A stretch of DNA of 64,000 bases from NCBI RefSeq assembly GCF_006345805.1, contig NC_043015.1:33108001-33172000 (forward strand). Direction: 5' to 3'. This DNA is from Octopus sinensis (Eukaryota). The notes beneath the pieces were generated by a model that saw nothing but the letters and a program-made list of their open reading frames with translations, was not told where the DNA came from and did no database searches. Position 1 is the first letter of the stretch. The number at the start of each line of letters is the position of its first letter. Of the stretch, positions 35,420 to 48,599 are shown piece by piece. Both the position numbers and the translations under genes were made by a program.

Positions 35420-35830
35420 ACAGCTGATACCAAATACATATGTAACAATGTTTATACCAGTAGATGGTATCATAGATGTGCAATATTTACACTTATCAGG
35501 GGTATCATACCTATGTGATACTGTTTATAACTATTAGGGTATCATACCTATATGATGGTGTTTTTCACTATATGTGATTACATACATATGTGATAATGTT
35601 TACAGTTATGTGATAATGTCAGGTTATCATACTTATGCAATAATGGTCATTACTAAAGATGGTGTCATACCAATGTGATACCGTTTCCATCTATAGATGA
35701 TATCACACCTGCATGATAATTTTTATAACTAAAGGGTGGTATTTATTATGTGATAGCATTTATAATTATAGATGGTATCATGTGATAATGTTTATTACTG
35801 TAGAGAGTGTCATACATAAATGATGTTTAC
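35420..35830. repeat. Degenerate ~38-bp minisatellite
   Basis: Consensus about GGTATCATACCTATGTGATACTGTTTATAACTATAGAT, roughly 11 units. Confidence 0.75.
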
Positions 35831-36044
35831 AATTGCAGAGGACATCTTAGCTATTTCTAATTTTTGTGCTGTTGTCTCGGTTGTAATATGAACGTAGTAT
35901 ATCCCTGCTTCAAACGGAAACCCAGTTTGACAGTGTCATATCTGCTATAATTATCATACCTCCAATTCAATATTGCTATATTTAATTAAATTATTATACA
36001 CCCAATTCGATACTATAATATTTACTGTATACACGCAGTCTATA

Positions 36045-36090
<46 letters not shown>

Positions 36091-36786
36091 CTTCAAGCCT
36101 TGATAGTGTTGTATCTACCGTTGTTATTAAAGCACGGTTCTGATATTGCCTATATCCACTCTAAGATATGCGCGACGTCGAGATAAGGCTTGCCGCATCA
36201 GGGTTTATTGTTATCACTAAAAGTACGCGCGTGTGTGCGTGTGTGTGTGTGTGTGTGTATGTGTGTGTGTGCTCAATGTGTTTATAGATTGCATTTGTGT
36301 CTATCGATAAACAGATACAACATATTACACAAGTATTTTCTCTCGGTGACAATGTGTATGTGTGTACACTCGTATGCATGTTTGAGTGTATGCTTGTGTA
36401 CTATCTGTATTTAGACGTGTGGCTTTGTATCTAGACGTGTATGTGCGTGTATATAACGTATGTGTCTCTGTGTGACTAAAACGCCTACCTGTAATTGCCA
36501 ACGGGTGCTCGTGCGACTATATTGACTGGATGTCTAAACGTGCGCCCAAGTGTTTAAATGTTTGTTGTGTCTAAACGCCTAAACGTCTGCCTGTGTATGT
36601 GTATGTGCGTCTGTGTGTGTGTGTGTATGGGGTAGTGTTGCTGTGTCTATATGTGCCAATACGTTTGCGTGTGTATGTGTGCTTTAAACGCGTGCCAATA
36701 TGCTTGTGTGTATGTGTGATCGTGTGCCTGTATGTATGCATGTTTATGTCCCTGTGTGCTAAAACGTGACACCATTCATGTGTCTA

Positions 36787-36830
<44 letters not shown>

Positions 36831-37109
36831 TAATACACCAGTGCGTGCATGTTGCGGTTGTAACAATACAATGACAATCCAGTAGAGTCCAGTATCATAG
36901 TGTTCACAACGGACACCCATTCCTGTAGCAGAGCTATTTAGACATCGACAAAGAGCAATAACAACCGCAACAATAACCATAATTGCAACAGCAATAGGTA
37001 CCAGACAGTGGTCGCTCAGCTTGCTAGAAATAGCAGTCAAATCTTCTTCACTTACACATCGTTCAAAAGTAAAGGACACACTGAATACCTCTGTCTTGTA
37101 TATATATAT

Positions 37110-37290
37110 CAGTGCCCCGCAGCCGGTATGTCACGGCACACTGGTGTGCCGCGAGACGATGCTAAGTGTGCCGCAGTGTAGCCTGAATATAATTTTTTCC
37201 TTATACTTTCAGTTATATTTTTGGTTGTGCTGCTGAATTTTGAAAAGAATAAAAGTGTACCTCAAGAGAAAAAACAGTTGCGGAGCATTG
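37110..37290. mobile_element. hAT (Charlie-like) MITE
   Basis: TIRs CAGTGCCCCGCAGC / GTTGCGGAGCATTG; subterminal CGGCACACTGGTGTGCCG palindrome; TSD not clean. Confidence 0.7.
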
Positions 37291-37634
37291 ATGCATGTCA
37301 CGTCTGAATAAAGGATGGGGTGGTCATGGTTGGAACTGTCTATTCTGAGTTTCACAACACAAATGGCAACATAACAATAGTGCTGACGAAAATAAAAGCT
37401 GGATTCAGATATCTTATCTGGTGATAAAATCCTTTGTTATGTTATTTGGACAATAATAATAATAATAACAACGTGCGTTCTTGGACTGACAGCAAAAAGG
37501 TTTTAATTTGATGGAAGTGGCAAATCCACCCGATTCTTCAGTCATTCTACTTTGAGGACTTGATTTTTATTTACAGGTACATTATTTAATGAAGTCTAAT
37601 TTGTAACGTGTCTGGAATTACACACACACATACA

Positions 37635-37674
<40 letters not shown>

Positions 37675-37721
37675 TACATACATACATACACACAAACATA
37701 CATACATACATACACACAAAC

Positions 37722-37752
<31 letters not shown>

Positions 37753-37769
37753 CACACACATATATATAT

Positions 37770-37940
37770 ACACACGACAGGCTTCTTTCAGTTTCCGTCC
37801 ACCAAATCCACTCACAAGACTTTGGTCGGTTCGAGTCTACAGTAGAAGATATATTTGCCCAAGGTGCCACGCAGTAGGACTGAACACGGAACCATATGGC
37901 TGGGGAGCAAACTTGTTACCATACAGCACATACTCTACCT
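37770..37940 (-). mobile_element. SINE family 1 head and core
   Basis: Reverse complement of TGGTAACAAG..GTTCAGTCC..CCTTGGGCAA...GAGTGGATTTGGTGGACGGAAACTGAAAGAAGCC. Confidence 0.85.
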
Positions 37941-37990
37941 TTGGTATTCGAATACTATTTTTCCACCTCGTTTTATGTGCTTACTTGTAG

Positions 37991-38029
<39 letters not shown>

Positions 38030-38489
38030 TGTGGTGTATGTATGTATGTATACACACACACACATACATACACATACATTTATGAATTTGTGTTGCAAGA
38101 TTCCTGTGTTGAAACAGATATTGTATTTCGGGACGGTCATTTATTTCCCCCGAATAAACACACGCACTATATATATATTCGTTCTTCACTCGTTTATTTC
38201 TGTTCTTATGTCCATTGTTCGGAAATCTTTCGCCACACACCTGTGACCTCTTCAGCGACACCTTCCGTCTTCGTGTATGCTCTTGCTCCGCTTAGTCCAT
38301 TAGTCTAAATATGTATACTGTTTTGTTAAAATTGAAAAAAAACTTCACAAACTATTACTCAAAGTTCCACGTAACCGCTCATTAGACAGTTGTGACAATA
38401 AAGACTAGTAAAGAAATGTTATTCTACCTTTAGTATTCCATATTCTTTTGTACCTGAGTGTATGTGTGTGTGTGTGATTATTATTTTTA

Positions 38490-38640
38490 TTAAGACGTTG
38501 AATTCAAATTCTGCAAAGATCGACCTTGCCTTTCATCCATTCGGTGTGGATAAAATTAAAGTACCGGTTAAGTACTCGGATCAATACAGTCGACTTGACC
38601 CCCTCACCTAAAAAACTGCAGGCCTTGTGCCAAAATCTAA
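38490..38640 (+). mobile_element. SINE family 4 fragment
   Basis: GAATTCAAATTC, GATCGACCTTGCCTTTCATCCATTCGG..GATAAAATTAAAGTACC. Confidence 0.75.
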
Positions 38641-39231
38641 AACAATTATTTTCGTAATTATTAATCAGCAAAAGTTTCAAAGTGCCCCAAGGGCTGGGAG
38701 CTTCGTGCAGTAAGTGGATCTCTTTTTAGCCCATGAGTATTCGATCATGTGAACTGCCTTCTCTCTGAGTTTTAGTGAGTATGGTTGAATATCCCGCGCA
38801 CTCATATACACTTTATGTAATTCTCATGCGAAACCAGCGTGACAATGTATGACAAGAATAGACAATTCAGTTACAAACAGAGTGCACCCGACGGACTTCC
38901 TCACCCTCTGCCTACCCAGAGTTATTTATAAAACCTTAGCAAGACCAAAAGCTCGAATAATAAAAGACACTTGTCTAAGATGCCAAGCAATGGAAACGAA
39001 TCCAGAACGTCAGGATTGTGAGACGAACTTCGAAACCATTCTGTCATGTCAGGGTGCACGTGTACACACACACACCACACGCATGCACGCACGCACACGC
39101 AAGCAAACAAGAAGAAGAAGAAGAAGAATATGCTCAAAATAAATGAGCAGAGATTTATATTATGATGCTGAAACTTCACAAATGGTTACTCCGAGTTGGG
39201 TGCTTTCGATCTTCAGACGCGCGCATACAGG

Positions 39232-39272
39232 CAGACAGATAGGTAGATAGAAAGAGAGATAGATAGAAAGAG

Positions 39273-39327
<55 letters not shown>

Positions 39328-39422
39328 CAAACAGATAGATACAGAGAGACAGGCAGGCAGACAGACAGACAGATAGATAGACAGACAGACAAACAGGCAG
39401 ACAGGCAGACAGACAGACAGAC

Positions 39423-39489
<67 letters not shown>

Positions 39490-39494
39490 GAGAG

Positions 39495-39534
<40 letters not shown>

Positions 39535-39546
39535 TGATAGATAGAT

Positions 39547-39607
<61 letters not shown>

Positions 39608-39676
39608 CAAACAGATAGATACAGAGACAGGCAGGCAGACAGACAGACAGATAGATAGACAGACAGATAGACAGAC

Positions 39677-39739
<63 letters not shown>

Positions 39740-39860
39740 CACATATGTGAGTGTGCATATGTGTGTGAATACATATATATAGAGAGAGATAGGCATACAT
39801 ACATACATACATACATACATACATACATACATACATACATACATACATGCATGCATGCAT
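39232..39860. repeat. (GATA)n/(GACA)n plus (CATA)n compound microsatellite with a duplicated internal block
   Basis: Block GACAAACAGATAGATACAGAGAGACAGGCAGGCAGACAG occurs at ~39326 and ~39606. Confidence 0.97.
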
Positions 39861-41076
39861 GCATATACACCCACATTAATGGAAAACTACATACCGATCT
39901 TTCGTCTTTTTCTTTTTCAGTTGTTCTTTCTTGGCTTTGGCAGTCTTGGAATTGCGGAAAGCAGTAAGAACAACCGACATCACTGTTGTATGGTATGGTA
40001 TGGTTGGTTCTGTGGCGGGTACAAACACTCAGCTGGTTATAGTTTCGAGTCGGTGCCACACCTTGAAGAATGGCAGGTCACAACACCGTCGACAAATTGC
40101 AATTTTATAACAGGGCTAACAAGACAGACGACAGCAACTTCAGTTACTAGTAACTGTTGCAATAACAGAAGCTACTGTGACACAAACATCTGCAGTAACA
40201 ACATCTAAGTCAATCCCCAAAACATCACACTTAAAGATCACCAAAGGCCGTAAGGGTGGACGAATATATATTTATATCGATCGGTGCAACTCTACACCTG
40301 TAATTAATCGTATATATTTTAATATTTCTGTGTTTGTCACATGTGTATGCAAGTATCAGGTGTGGAAACGATCGTCGCAAAATACGATTGCTAGGTGTTG
40401 ATTTAAAGATAATTACCGATATTGAAAGAAAACCACTGGGGTAGCCTTTCGTCGTTTCCTCACCCTTGTAAATGTGCCGGTTGTGGTGCAGTATTAGGGA
40501 GGTGGATATTAAGGGCTATTGACTATACAGTTGCGTTAGTACTGTGATGACGATGTGGTTGAAAGCACACAAGACTGACCCTGGCGCAACCAGCTAGCTG
40601 TCAAGTCTGACTGTGAATGGCAACGACTCGCTCTGCTGTGTGTGCAGTCGGTTGTCGGTGGTGGTGGTGAGTGTGATCGAGTGTTGTAGGCATCGGTTGT
40701 AGTCGACATACACATACTCACGGATATAAATAACATACGTATGCACACATGGATGTATGTACACATACACACACACATACACACGGCGCGGAACGACGGG
40801 ATATAGAAGAAAGAGTGTGGTTGCACGTGGAAAGAGGAGTCGGAGTGGGAGAGAGCTGTAACCCAGGTGAAAAGGAGAGGATGGAGGGAAAAGAGAAAGA
40901 GAGAGAGAGGGGCATGCAAGATGACATAAGATGAGTGAGTGAGTGAGTGAGTGAGTGAATGAGCGAGTGAGTGAGTGAGGATGAAAGAGAGGAGGGGGAA
41001 ATATATGAAGGGTAAGAGGAATCTGAGACAGTACGGATGTAGAGGGGGTGGGTGTGAGAGAAAGCGAGATGCAACA

Positions 41077-41113
<37 letters not shown>

Positions 41114-41344
41114 CACAGAAGCAGACGAATAGACAGAAAGAGTCATAAAGAGAGACAAACACGAGAAACAGACCAATATTGATGGATAAAGGAATCGAAG
41201 ACAAAGGGGCCACAGGGAGGCAAAAATATGGAATAACAAATGAAACCAAGTAAAAAGCCTATTAAAGAGGGAAAAGAGGGAGACGACAGGGGACAAAACA
41301 AAAGGGTTTAAATAGTGTTTGGTGCCTTATCTCAAGCTCTCTAA

Positions 41345-41394
41345 GTCTATCTATCTGTCTATCTATCTATCTATCTATATATATATATATATAC

Positions 41395-41487
<93 letters not shown>

Positions 41488-41995
41488 CATATACACACTC
41501 ATATATACGTGTGTATATGTATACATACACACATACAACACGCATGTATTTATATATATGCACACATGCATGCATACATACATACATACATACATACATA
41601 CATACATACATACACACATACATACATACATACATACATACACATACACACATACATACACACATACATACATACATACGTACATACATACATACATACA
41701 TACATACACATAGACACATACATACACACATACATACATACATACATACACACATACATACATACATACATACATACATACATACACATACACATACATA
41801 CACACATACATACACACACACGCACATACATGCATACATACATACATACATACATACATACATAAATACATACATCCATACATACATACATACATACATA
41901 CATACGTACATACATACATACATACATACATACATACGTACATACATACATACATACATACATACACACATACATACATACATACATACATATAT
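41345..41995. repeat. (CTAT)n(TA)n(CATA)n compound microsatellite
   Basis: Direct reading. Confidence 0.97.
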
Positions 41996-41999
41996 CGAT

Positions 42000-42150
42000 T
42001 ACTGGCACGCTGGCACAAGACCGCAAATTATGAGACGACGCTATCGATTCGATCGATTCCAGCATTTGACTGTATCTTATATTTACGATGCCCAAGGGAA
42101 TGAAAGGCGAAGCCAACTGCGATGAGATTCGAACGCAGAACGTAACACAA
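42000..42150 (-). mobile_element. SINE family 4, diverged
   Basis: Reverse complement contains GTTCGAATCTC and TTCGCCTTTCATTCC. Confidence 0.6.
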
Positions 42151-42314
42151 TACGCTTAGTTAGGAACTTTATTGTTTCTGCAAAAGGCTACATGTACACA
42201 CTCACACATACGCATATATACACATACACGCAGCATATAGGGAATCACACACGTGAGCGAGTGTATCCGTGTGCATTTGTGTGTGTGTCTCTGCGCGCGC
42301 ACACACACACACAC

Positions 42315-42600
<286 letters not shown>

Positions 42601-42664
42601 TACATGTACATACATATATATATATATACATTTATATATATGTGTGCGTGTGTGTATGTGTGTG

Positions 42665-42800
42665 TGCAGCAGGTATGGTTATATGGTGAGAACTTTGGTT
42701 TCCAATCACATGGTTTGGGATTCAGACCTGCTCTGTGGCCACCTTGGACAAGTCTTTTCTACAACAGACCCTGGATGACCAAAACTTGTGAACGGATCTC
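42665..42800 (+). mobile_element. SINE family 1 head, diverged
   Basis: GTATGGTTATATGGTGAG..CCAATCACATGG..CACCTTGGACAAGTCTTTTCTAC. Confidence 0.65.
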
Positions 42801-42834
42801 ATAGGCGGACCGTCTCATATATACATATATAACT

Positions 42835-42881
<47 letters not shown>

Positions 42882-43344
42882 TATATATTATCCAAATAAG
42901 CAACAAGTATATCCGAGGTAGAGTGGTACAATTGTTTCATGCTACTTCATTTTATTGAACACTGTAAGTATTACATCCGTTTTAAAATGTCGAGCAAAAC
43001 ATATATATATATATAAGCAAACAGATATTAATCAATTAATAATTATATTTATTAATTGCAAAACTAGACGTCATCACCTATATAATTTTTAATTGATTAA
43101 TCTCTATTTTCTTATTTCGTTTGGTGAGTGTGTTACATTATAAGGCACAAAAAGAAAATCGCTCTCCCCAGACACAACAGAACTCTATTTTCTTATTTTT
43201 CTTAAATAGATTCAAACCTCGTTTTATCTAATCACCTATTATTTATGGGTATTAAAATTAATATTCAAAATAAGTAATAGAGATATTATTATCCCTTAAT
43301 AAGGCTTATTTAACCTCTAATAGAACTTATATATATATATATAT

Positions 43345-43704
43345 ACTCTTTTACTCTTTTACTTGTTTCAGTCATTTGACTGTGGCCATGCTGGAGTTCC
43401 GCCTTTAGTCGAGCAAGTCGACTCCAGGACTTATTCTTTGTAAGCCTAGTACTTATGTTTTCGGTCTCTATTGCCGAACCGCTAAGTTACGGGGATGTAA
43501 ACACACCAGCATCGGTTGTCAAATGATGTTGGGGGACAAACACACACACACACAAACGTATACACACACATACATATATATATACATATATATGACGGGC
43601 TGTTTTCGGTTTCCATCTACCAAATCCACTCACAAGGCTTTGGTCGGCCCGAGGCTATAGTAGAAGCCACTTGCCCAAAGTACCACACAGCCACTCCTAC
43701 GCCC
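43345..43704 (-). mobile_element. SINE family 1 with the B-box region deleted
   Basis: Matches 14873-15291 except for a ~55-bp deletion between two ACCAC microhomologies (CCCAAAGTACCAC|ACAGCCACTCC). Confidence 0.9.
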
Positions 43705-44103
43705 ATATATATATATATAATTATTTGGTGGTATATTTATTATGTAGAATTAAATTTTAAGTTAATTAGGTATTATATTGATTGATATTTAGTCAACTAT
43801 ATTATAGATTGATATATTAAATCTATAGATACTATACTTGTATATTAATTATATATTTAGTTTATTTAATGAGTTTGTCAGTATTTGAACCATTTCTTAT
43901 TTTGATTACAATTTAATGACTTGTACTAGCATTGTGTATTTTAATTAATTTCAAAGTATTTAATAATTTAAGTATTGTTTTAATTTTCACTTTAAGTATA
44001 TTTAGTATTTTATATATATATATATTATATATATATGTATATATATATATATATATATTAAGTATATTTATTAATTAATTATTTTATTATTCTAGTTTAT
44101 TTT

Positions 44104-44207
44104 TAACCTGATGAGTGGCTATATTTATATTGAAGTGATTTTACTACTACTATTAATTTTTTTACTATAATCATTTCTTAAATGTAGCCATGAAACACGT
44201 TTCGTTA
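44104..44207 (+). ncRNA. Type I hammerhead motif with long stem II, in an AT-rich pLTR-like region
   Basis: UAAC CUGAUGA GUGGCUAUAUUUA..GAAGUGAUU..AAUCAUUUC..UAAAUGUAGCCAU GAAA CACGU UUC GUUA: 13-bp plus 9-bp stem II, stem I UAAC/GUUA; one change from palindromic ACACGUGU+C. Confidence 0.65.
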
Positions 44208-44472
44208 TTCTATACGTATTTATTTTTTTTTTTGTAATTTACTTAATTACTGATATTTTATTGTTATTTTAATTTTAATATTTCTATTATATGTAATTTT
44301 CTAGATGGTGTAATTTAATTGCTCATTTTGAATTGATAAAATGTGTTTTTTTTTCTAATTTATATATATATATATTATATTGTGTGAAATTTGATTTAGT
44401 ATTTCCAAATTGAATTTTTTCCTTGTAAGTTTGGATTAATATTCCCTCAAATAATTATTACTATATATATAC

Positions 44473-44520
<48 letters not shown>

Positions 44521-44713
44521 ATACATACACACACACACAAATGTGTGAGTGTGCGTGTGTAGCAGAAAAATGTAACAGCTCCTGCTACATATGTATACAA
44601 ACATACATACAGACAGACAGACATGGAAATATTTATTGTCAAACGCAGAATAATAATACTGAATAGCATAAAATAGGATAAATCATCCTTATATTGTAGA
44701 AAAATTTGTTAGC

Positions 44714-44787
44714 GGCCAGCCATGAGACTCGAACACACATCTCTGTGATTATGGGTCATAGTGCTTTACCTTTAAGCTAAACTGCCC
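44714..44787 (-). tRNA. tRNA-Met(CAT)-like pseudogene or solitary tRNA-derived head
   Basis: GGCAGTT TA GCTT AAAGGTA AAGC AC TATGA CCCATAA TCACA GAGAT GTGTG TTCGAGT CTCAT GGCTGGC: perfect D-stem, CAT anticodon loop, one mismatch each in acceptor, anticodon and T stems, T5 about 10 nt downstream. Confidence 0.5.
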
Positions 44788-44857
44788 ACTAACACATTCT
44801 ATTAGTTAATGCTACCAATGGTTTCGTGTTAAAGAAGCCTTTGACAATTATCACGCC

Positions 44858-44923
<66 letters not shown>

Positions 44924-45074
44924 TAAACAGATACATATATATATACATACATAAATTCTGTATGTATATTTGTAAATATATATGTATGTGTGCATGCACT
45001 TTAAACATACACTTAAGAATTTATAGGCATACACACGCACGTACAGACACACACAGACGTAACTACGCGCGTAT

Positions 45075-45870
45075 ATATGTCAAGATTTCTTGCCAATAGA
45101 GAAAGAGCCTGTTTCTAACCTAAATCCAAGGCTCCTTCATTAGAATTTCAACATCAACAACAGGGTATGTATGTATACATGTATGTATGTATGTATGTAT
45201 GTATGTATGTATGTATGTATGTATGTATGTATGTATGTGTACAGATTTGTATGTTTTGCTTTATGTATGTATTCCATGCATATACTTGCATATCTAGGCT
45301 TATATATATGTTTACATATATATCTGAATGATTAACTTCTGGAAAGTTTTGCAGAATTTTACAGTTCCAGCGATGGATTGGATCTGCAATCTTTCGAATT
45401 AGCTTTCTCCTTTCAGGTTTTGAGAGGCCTAATTTCTCAAGATTAGCACTTAGGCAGTGTGTTACATATTCCAGTACCCCTTTAATTACAGGTACAAACC
45501 TGAACTTGTAATCTGGATAGAGTAACTACAGGTTTCTCAATAGTTCAACGTATGTATTCTCTTTTTCACTGATCTTCAGCTTTACGTTAACATCCGCTGG
45601 GCAGCTAATTTCCACAACTGTACATAGATTCTCTTCTGTATCCCAAATCACTATATCAGGTCTGTTGTGCTTACATTTTGTTGAGGTCCTCACTGGGACA
45701 TTCTACCAGTATTCCTTTTCATTGAGAGTGGCTATGGCTTCAACCATACTGTGGGTTCTTAGTTCTTTGTCCTCGGGGTTATCCTTCCGACTGATTTCAT
45801 TATAGAGTGTCCTAGCTACAACGTGACATTTTTGGACAACTGCTTATGATGTTGGTGATATCTTCGGTTT
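45075..45870 (-). mobile_element. R4/Dong-like non-LTR retrotransposon 3' end (CCHC remnant, RLE endonuclease, 3'UTR)
   Basis: EDITNIISSCPKMS..HVVARTLYN...W*NVPV...KHNRPDIVIWD...TVVEISCPADVNV.LKISEKENTY..L...FRFVPVIKG; (CATA)n both upstream and within the 3'UTR. Confidence 0.88.
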
Positions 45871-47315
45871 TAACATATGTATGTATGTATGTATGTATGT
45901 AATCCTAGAAATCTGCGTCTCTCACCATCTTGCATGCCGGTTCATGTAAGAACTAAGGTTAATTTACATTTTCCCTTGAAAGCTTCAACGAATAAAATCT
46001 TTTGTCACTCTATCTAATATGTTGTGTAACGATTACCCCATCATCACGATATAGACCACATTTTATACTATTGAATATATTGAACGTAAACTATTAAGGC
46101 TATTAAGCTAAGTTTCTGGGGTTGCTTTTTAATCTATAAAGCGTTATCGAAAACGAAACAAAACATAAAAAGCTAAATTTTACACATGGTTCCAGACAAA
46201 TCAATACTTTTGATAAATCAAATGAAAAGTTACAATACCTAATTACGGCCTCAAATCACCCGTCTGTCATGATTATCAGTTTAATGGAATTTTTCTTTTT
46301 TATAAACGCTTATTCAATATATTATTCGATAGTTTTTCCTTCCAGGGAGTAGCTATTACAATGAAACATTAAAATGAAGTGAATTTAAACATCAAATAAG
46401 TTTATAAATAATGTCAATTTTCAATCGCATAAAAACAGAAAACGCAAAATCACTTAATTTACTCGCCCATTCCGTCTCAATGCCAGCACATATACCGTTA
46501 GACATTCCTCAAACCCGTAAATTTTCCAGTAAATAATTTATGTCTTTCGAACTCAGTATATTGCATAAAAATGCTTATTCCTGATAATAGGTATTCCAGA
46601 ACACGTCTTCACGCGAAGCGGCGGACCGAGAGTAGGGTTGTGGTAAATTAATATTTTAAAATGCTGCTTTTTTTGGGTTTTTTTAATGTGGTGTGGAATA
46701 AAATCGTAATTTCCGTAGTTTGAAACATAGAAATTCGAAGAAATTATTATTAAGAAAAAAGAAAAAAGTGATGGAAATTTTTTGTTATTTCTAGCATCTC
46801 AAGTGACTGCATTGAGACTTCCTAAATGACAAGTGATGGTTCAGCAGGTATCCATGCATGCGCAAATGAACGGACGTGGAATTTGCTTTTTTTAAATGAA
46901 ATTAAAAAGCAAAAAATTCTGTATTTTTTTTGCGGAATGTTTTTAGAAAAATCGGAAGAAGTTAAAAACAAAAACATTGGGTGGCGTTAAGGTAACTCGA
47001 AATTTGGGAAAACTAGGGTTTGGGATAAAATTGATTACATAGGCGCTGAAAACAGGAATCGGAAGAAATTTTTGAAAAAAAAAGAACAAAATCGAGGTCG
47101 GATGCGTTTACAGCAAATCCGGCCATACGCGAGCACGAGCATGTGAGTGTAACGGGCTTCTGCACAATTTTTGTTAATCACATTTCCCCCACGAGGTATT
47201 GGCTGGAGTAGAACAATGATTTTGAAATAAATACCAGGCCCTCTCCAATATTTGATACATTGCCTGTTCCGCCATTCTATGAACGAGAAGTCAAAACACT
47301 GCTTGTATCCATATA

Positions 47316-47546
47316 TATTTCTTTACTGCCTACAGGGGGATAAACATAGAGGGGACAAACAAGGACAGACAAAGGGATTAAGTCGATTACATCGACCCCA
47401 GTGCGAAACTGGTACTTATTTAATCGACCCCGAAAGGATGAAAGGCAAAGTCGACCTCGGCAGAATTTGAACTCAGAACGTAGCGGCAGACAAAATACCG
47501 CTAAGCATTTCGCCTGGCGTGCTAACGATTCTGCCAGCTCGCCGCC
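47316..47546 (-). mobile_element. SINE family 4, full length, 17-bp TSD
   Basis: Minus strand GGCGGCGAGCTGGCAGAATCG..GAGTTCAAATTC..GTCGACTTTGCCTTTCATCCTTTCGGGGTCGATT; flanked by CTGCTTGTATCC(A/G)TATA at 47299-47315 and 47547-47563. Confidence 0.95.
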
Positions 47547-47752
47547 CTGCTTGTATCCGTATAGTTCTTTCTTCACCATTGTGTTGCATAGATGTTAAAC
47601 AAACTTTATTTAATTAACATAATTTAAACAAAAATGAGCTAGAGTAACTCAGAGTAGCCAGTGGTATGTATTTGAACATAGACAAGCACAGGTGTACCAA
47701 ACACCATACAACATAGATACTTGATTTATTAAAATTATCTCCACCTCTAGTG

Positions 47753-48097
47753 CAGTGGTTCTCAACTGGGATCCATATGGCCCCTGAGGCTCCATATAAT
47801 ATTTGGGGGTGGGGAGGGGTGGGGTGGGGAGGGGTGGGGTGGGGCCACGCAACAAAACAGTAAATTGGGGATCCGCAATATTATTTTAAGGGGACCCCTG
47901 AAAAACTTGAGATGTATGTATTGCTATGTATTGTAAGAAACAGCTGGGTTTCTTTCTCTAACGTTTTACTTAGTTCAACCTACGCAAGACAATATGGGAA
48001 AACTAGTTTTTAAGCATCGAATGGCTATGGGGTCCACCAGAATAAAATAGTAATCAAAACGATCCATAGATAAAAAAAAAATGATTGAGAACCCCTG
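47753..48097. mobile_element. hAT (Charlie-like) MITE
   Basis: TIRs CAGTGGTTCTCAAC / ATTGAGAACCCCTG; flanks CTCTAGTG / CTCTTGAA resemble a decayed NTCTAGAN 8-bp TSD. Confidence 0.85.
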
Positions 48098-48599
48098 CTC
48101 TTGAAGGTGTGTTATATTTACCAAATGGCAATTAAGACCAGCTCCACTTGTGAAGGGGAGACTATCTCAAGAATCCAGGATGCTCCAAAGTTGACATCCC
48201 CATTAAGAAAAATAGTGATAAAAGGTCAGTCGTAGATATAACAATTTGTTTGCTTCTCCCTTTTCAATTCTCACTCTCACTACGACCAGGAAACCTAATA
48301 CCTCTCTATGAGGAACACTATGGTCAAGGTGCTACAGCGTGGGATCGAACCCCGAACCAAGCGGTCGCTGAGTAAACTTAACCACACAGCCATACCTGTG
48401 CCCATATCCTTGTTGATGTTATTTCACCTATTTTTAGTCTGTTTCTTTTGGGCTTCATTTTGATATCCTGAAGGCTCGGATTCAAATTACTAGCCCGAGG
48501 CACAATGGGGAAAATGTCATTGGATCAACAGTAGCTTCGGGTCTTTCCGAGTAGGGTAACATTCCGAACGGTGTAGATACTAATGTTAGCTATGGCACT

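Noticed and set aside
35420-35830. CRISPR-like periodicity (also 25825-26125 and 55550-56470)
   Set aside because: Units are contiguous and diverged along their whole length, with no constant repeat plus unique spacer pattern; eukaryotic context and no cas genes.
36759-37079. ORF with a hydrophobic stretch (LVPIAVAIMVIVAVVIALC) suggesting a membrane-protein exon
   Set aside because: The hydrophobicity comes from an (AAC/AAT)-like low-complexity tract, the ORF ends in a CA repeat, and I recognise no domain or consistent splice pair.
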